Positions 60,498 through 64,000 of a DNA stretch of 64,000 nucleotides are shown here, one piece after another (position 1 is the first letter of the stretch; every line of letters starts with the position of its first letter). Source of the DNA: an uncultured delta proteobacterium (GTDB lineage Bacteria; Desulfobacterota; Binatia; Binatales; Binataceae); contig CAWEEQ010000004.1 of assembly GCA_963808235.1 (NCBI GenBank), forward strand, positions 3,488,001 through 3,552,000, given 5' to 3'. The translations under genes and the position numbers were made by a program. The notes below the pieces were generated by a model. The model was not told the origin of the DNA. It saw only the letters and a program-made list of their open reading frames with translations, and did not search any database.

Positions 60498-62037
60498 CTA
60501 GCGCGCGTCCCAAGCCTGGCGCTCCGCGCTGTATGGATCGTTTTCGAGGCGGCATTGGTTGTCGAACATCATCGTGGGACGACTGCTCCGGAGAATACGG
60601 CGGCCAGTTTGGAATGCCTTCGTTATTGGGATTTCCGGTGCGTGCGAAACTGAGCCAGGTCCGGCTCATCTTGTCGGCCAGTGCGAATCGGGTTGGCGAA
60701 TCTCCGGTCAGGCCGGAGGTATTCACGGTGTCGAATACGAATGGAATCTCGAGTGCATGCGGCGATTTGAGCTTGCCCTCGAGCACCGGGGTTTCCCAGG
60801 TGAACATATAAACGAACACGGGCGCCGCGTGTTGCGCTGCCTTGCGGTCGGCGGTGACGAGCGACGGAATTCGCATCGCATGGTCGGTTGCGATGGCGAG
60901 CACGAGATCGCGCATCGAGTCGTTAGGTCGCGCGCGCCGGTAATGCTCGATGATGCGATCGGCCTGGTCGCCGACGAACATCTGGACGCGTTGGCGGAAG
61001 CGGCTCTCGTCGAGGCCGTCGAGCCATGGGGCGAGCCCGAGAAAGAGCGTCATCTCGTCCTTGTTGGTGCCGATCATCAGAGGAACGTTGGCGGAGATCG
61101 CGGGAGCGGTGGGCTCGAAAGGACCGCCGGGAAGGATTTTTCCGTCGACGACGGGATTGAAGCCGACGCGCCTGCGGTTGGCGAAAGCCATCATGCTGAC
61201 TTTCTTCAGGACTGCGGCTTGCGCGCGTGCGATCTCGGGCGAAGGAATGCGGCGGAGCTCGCGGATCTGGTCGGAGCTCAAGTTCAGCTCGGCGAGCAGT
61301 TGGCGCGCGGTTTCGGCGCCGTCATCGCGGCTGGCCATTTGCACCGCTGGTCCACTTTGAATGATCGCTTTATGAAAGAGGCCGTGCGCCGCGGGCATCG
61401 CCATCAGCACGCTGACCTTCGCGCCGCCACCGCTCTCCCCGAAGATGGTAACGTTAGCGGCGTCGCCGCCGAAAGCCCCGATATTGTCGCGGACCCATTG
61501 GAGCGCCGCGACGATGTCGAGCATACCGGCATTTCCGGACGCCGAGAATTCTTCGCCGCCGACTTGCTCCAACTGCAGGTAACCGAACGCGCCGAGGCGG
61601 TGGTTGATCGTCACAACGACCACGTCGCCCCGGGTGCACAGATTGGTTCCGTCGTACCAGGGCGAATCGCCGGAGCCGGCGATGAACGCGCCGCCGTGAC
61701 ACCAGAACATCACGGGGCGTCTGCGCCCGTCGTTGACGGCGGGGGTCCACACGTTGAGCACCAGGCAATTTTCGCTCATCGGGGGAAGCTCGCGACCCGC
61801 GAACAGCTTCAAGAGCGCGGGCGGAAGGGCGAATGCGTTGTCGTCCTGCATCGCGCGGTCGCCGAATTCGAAGGCGTCGCGAACGCCGGTGAAGGGCTCG
61901 AGTTTTCCGGGCGGCATGAAACGGCCTTCACCCGTGGGCGATTCGGCGTATGGGATGCCCTTGAAAACGCTGATTCCGTTCGCGGCGATCCCGCGAATTT
62001 TTCCGCAACTGGTTTCGACAACAACATGATTGGCCAT
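60498..62037 (-). CDS. Type B carboxylesterase (PnbA-like), frameshift near 60583-60586
   Basis: FKGIPYA, SENCLVLNVW, HGGAF, FGESGG, HALEIPFVF; true C-terminus RPTMMFD..ENDP...RQAW lies in a shifted frame ending at TAG 60498-60500. Confidence 0.9.
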
Positions 62038-62097
62038 AGCCGAATGCCTCCGCGTGAAGAGGTTATCGCATCTCGTGAGAGGTTTGTCAGCCGAGAA

Positions 62098-63486
62098 TCA
62101 ACCAGGATCTTCGAGCTTGCGGGCCAGGGTCTTGCGATCGACGCCCAGTATCGCAGCCGCTTCTCCGCGGTGACCGTTGACTGACGCGAGGACCGCGCGC
62201 GCGTACTCGCGCTCGACCTCCTCGAGCGGCATGCGCTGGGACGCAAGCTCCGCGAGGCGGGCGGGCAAGTGATGCTGGTCGCCGGTGATCCTACTGGGCA
62301 GGTCGCCCGGCGTAATCTTAGCGCCAGAGGATAGGATGACAGCCTGCTGAATCGCGTTCTGCAGCTCGCGAATATTACCCGGCCATCGATATCGGGCCAG
62401 GCACTCAAAGGTTTGCGGGTCCAGTTCGGGCGCGGCTCTTCCGGCCTCGGCGCCGGCGCGGAGGAGAAAATGTTTGACCAGCAGCGGGATGTCTTCGGGC
62501 CGATCGCGCAGCGGCGGCACGGCGAGGGTCACGGTCGCGATGCGATAGAACAGATCGGATCGGAAGCGGCCGTCGGCGACGGCTTTTTCCAAATCAGCAT
62601 TGGTGGCGGCGATGACACGCACGTCAACCGGTGTCTCGCCGGTGGCGCCGAGCGGGCGGACGCGTTTGTCCTCGATAACGCGGAGCAGCTTGGCTTGAAC
62701 CGAGGGAAGCATCTCGCCGATTTCGTCGAGGAACAGGGTGCCGTGGTTTGCGGCGACAAAGAGGCCGAGCTTGTCCTGCTTCGCATCGGTGAATGCCCCG
62801 CGCAAGTGTCCGAACAACTCGCTCTCGATGAGGCTCTCGGGAATCGCCGCGCAGTTCACGGGGACGAACGGACCGGCGTGCCGCGGGCTCAAGAAGTGAA
62901 GCGCACGGGCAAGAAGATCCTTGCCGGTTCCGCTCTCGCCGGCGATTAACACACTGACCGAGCTATCCGCCACCTGGGCGAGCTTGCTTAGCAGCGCGAT
63001 CATCTTCGGACTCGTGGCGATGATATTTTCCAGGCCGTAGTTGCGCGCCAGCTCGATTCTGAGTTGCTTGACTTCGCGGCGCAGATCGCGATTTTCAAGC
63101 GCGCGCGAAACGATCAGCAGCAGTTCGCCGTTGCTGAAGGGTTTGGTTATGTAATCGAAGGCGCCAAGCTTCATCGACTCGACGGCGGTCTGAATCGAGC
63201 CGAAAGCGGTGATGATAATTACCGGCAGGTCGGGCGCGATGCGCTTAAGCTCGGCTTGCAATCCGTGCCCGCTCATCCCGGCCATCCGAAGATCGGAAAT
63301 AAGGATATCGGGGGTTTCGCGCTCGACTATCGCGAGAGCGTCGTGCCCCGAGTACGCGCCGAAGGGAAGGTATCCTGCCTTGCGGAGGATATCGCAGAGC
63401 GCGCCGACCATATCGCGATCATCGTCGACCACAACTATGGTCGGGTGGCCGCTATGCACGGCGCTGTTGTCGGGAGCCGGGGGCAT
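62098..63486 (-). CDS. Sigma-54-dependent response regulator (NtrC/AtoC family)
   Basis: REC (VVDDD, SDLRM, TKPF), GESGTGKD, ESELFGH, GAFTDA, FLDEIG, WPGNIREL, Fis-type HTH. Confidence 0.95.
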   Translation of the reverse strand: MPPAPDNSAVHSGHPTIVVVDDDRDMVGALCDILRKAGYLPFGAYSGHDALAIVERETPDILISDLRMAGMSGHGLQAELKRIAPDLPVIIITAFGSIQTAVESMKLGAFDYITKPFSNGELLLIVSRALENRDLRREVKQLRIELARNYGLENIIATSPKMIALLSKLAQVADSSVSVLIAGESGTGKDLLARALHFLSPRHAGPFVPVNCAAIPESLIESELFGHLRGAFTDAKQDKLGLFVAANHGTLFLDEIGEMLPSVQAKLLRVIEDKRVRPLGATGETPVDVRVIAATNADLEKAVADGRFRSDLFYRIATVTLAVPPLRDRPEDIPLLVKHFLLRAGAEAGRAAPELDPQTFECLARYRWPGNIRELQNAIQQAVILSSGAKITPGDLPSRITGDQHHLPARLAELASQRMPLEEVEREYARAVLASVNGHRGEAAAILGVDRKTLARKLEDPG

Positions 63487-64000
63487 GCTCGATTATCTCG
63501 CTGGATGGCATCGGGATCGACACCACGAATCGCGATCCCGATGGACCTGTGCTGAAGGTTATCTCGCCGTCGTGCTCGCGTACGATAGATTGGCTGACCG
63601 CGAGACCCATCCCGGTTCCCTTACCGGGCTCCTTGGTGGTGAAGAAGGGCGCGAAGACGCGATCCTTGTCTTCGGGTGCGACGCCGGCGCCGGTATCTTC
63701 GAACGCGAGCATCGCGCGCGCCTTATCGGGGCTCAGATCGGATTGCGCGGTTATTCGCAGGGTTCCGCCACGGGGCTGCATCGCGTCGAGCGCGTTCATG
63801 ATCATGTTCACGAACACCTGTTCGATTTGATCGGGGTCGCAATTTACCAGCAGCGGAATTTCGCCGAGCAGTGCGACGGTCCTCACGTTGCGGAGCGCGG
63901 CCTCGGGTTCGAGGAGAGCGAGTGCGCGGTCGGCGATCGATCTCAAGTCGCAGATCGATTTGTGCGATTCGCTCTTGCGCGAGTAGTCGAGCAGCATGCG
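63452..64000 (-). CDS. Sensor histidine kinase, C-terminal HATPase part (truncated by window edge)
   Basis: QVFVNMIMNALDAM (N box), DTGAG, FAPFFTTK, GTGMGL. Confidence 0.9.
   Translation of the reverse strand, partial: RMLLDYSRKSESHKSICDLRSIADRALALLEPEAALRNVRTVALLGEIPLLVNCDPDQIEQVFVNMIMNALDAMQPRGGTLRITAQSDLSPDKARAMLAFEDTGAGVAPEDKDRVFAPFFTTKEPGKGTGMGLAVSQSIVREHDGEITFSTGPSGSRFVVSIPMPSSEIIEHAPGSRQQRRA

Noticed and set aside
59875-62037. 720-aa ORF suggesting an esterase with a long C-terminal extension overlapping the MFS gene
   Set aside because: Artefact of a one-base frameshift near 60583-60586; the real esterase C-terminus ends at 60498.
60559-62184. 541-aa plus-strand ORF and many similar long antisense ORFs across the window
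   Set aside because: Shadow ORFs opposite well-supported genes, expected in high-GC DNA; no motifs.

Overview
GC-rich (about 60-65% by spot counts) bacterial chromosomal segment with about 57 protein-coding genes. I saw no rRNA, tRNA, CRISPR array, integrase or transposase. The gene mix (many amidohydrolases, luciferase-like/F420-type oxidoreductases, acyl-CoA dehydrogenases, a CoA-transferase, a sigma-54 regulator) suggests a soil heterotroph such as Candidatus Binatia; this is inference only. Main blocks: (1) recQ and scattered catabolic enzymes (1-19 kb). (2) A lower-GC glycosylation island (19.1-28.3 kb) with a complete NDP-heptose pathway (gmhB, gmhA, transaldolase, hddA, hddC, epimerase), a polyprenol-phosphate GT2, a GT-C-like membrane protein and two methyltransferases. 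(3) A phosphonate module: a PehA-like monoester hydrolase converging on AidB-like ACAD/TIGR03364-type oxidase/phnX. (4) A ZenA-like lactonase coupled to a 6-methylsalicylate/orsellinate-type decarboxylase. (5) A low-GC islet (RHH protein, secreted protein, PD-(D/E)XK-like protein) followed by a hairpin-dense spacer. (6) A molybdenum hydroxylase and LLM enzymes. (7) A GntR-led aromatic catabolic operon divergent from a FadE24/FadE23-like ACAD pair. (8) Esterase-MFS-BVMO and an NtrC-type two-component system. At least eight frameshifts break otherwise intact genes between 28.7 and 60.6 kb and are most likely assembly errors. All family calls come from motif reading and recalled sequences, not database searches.
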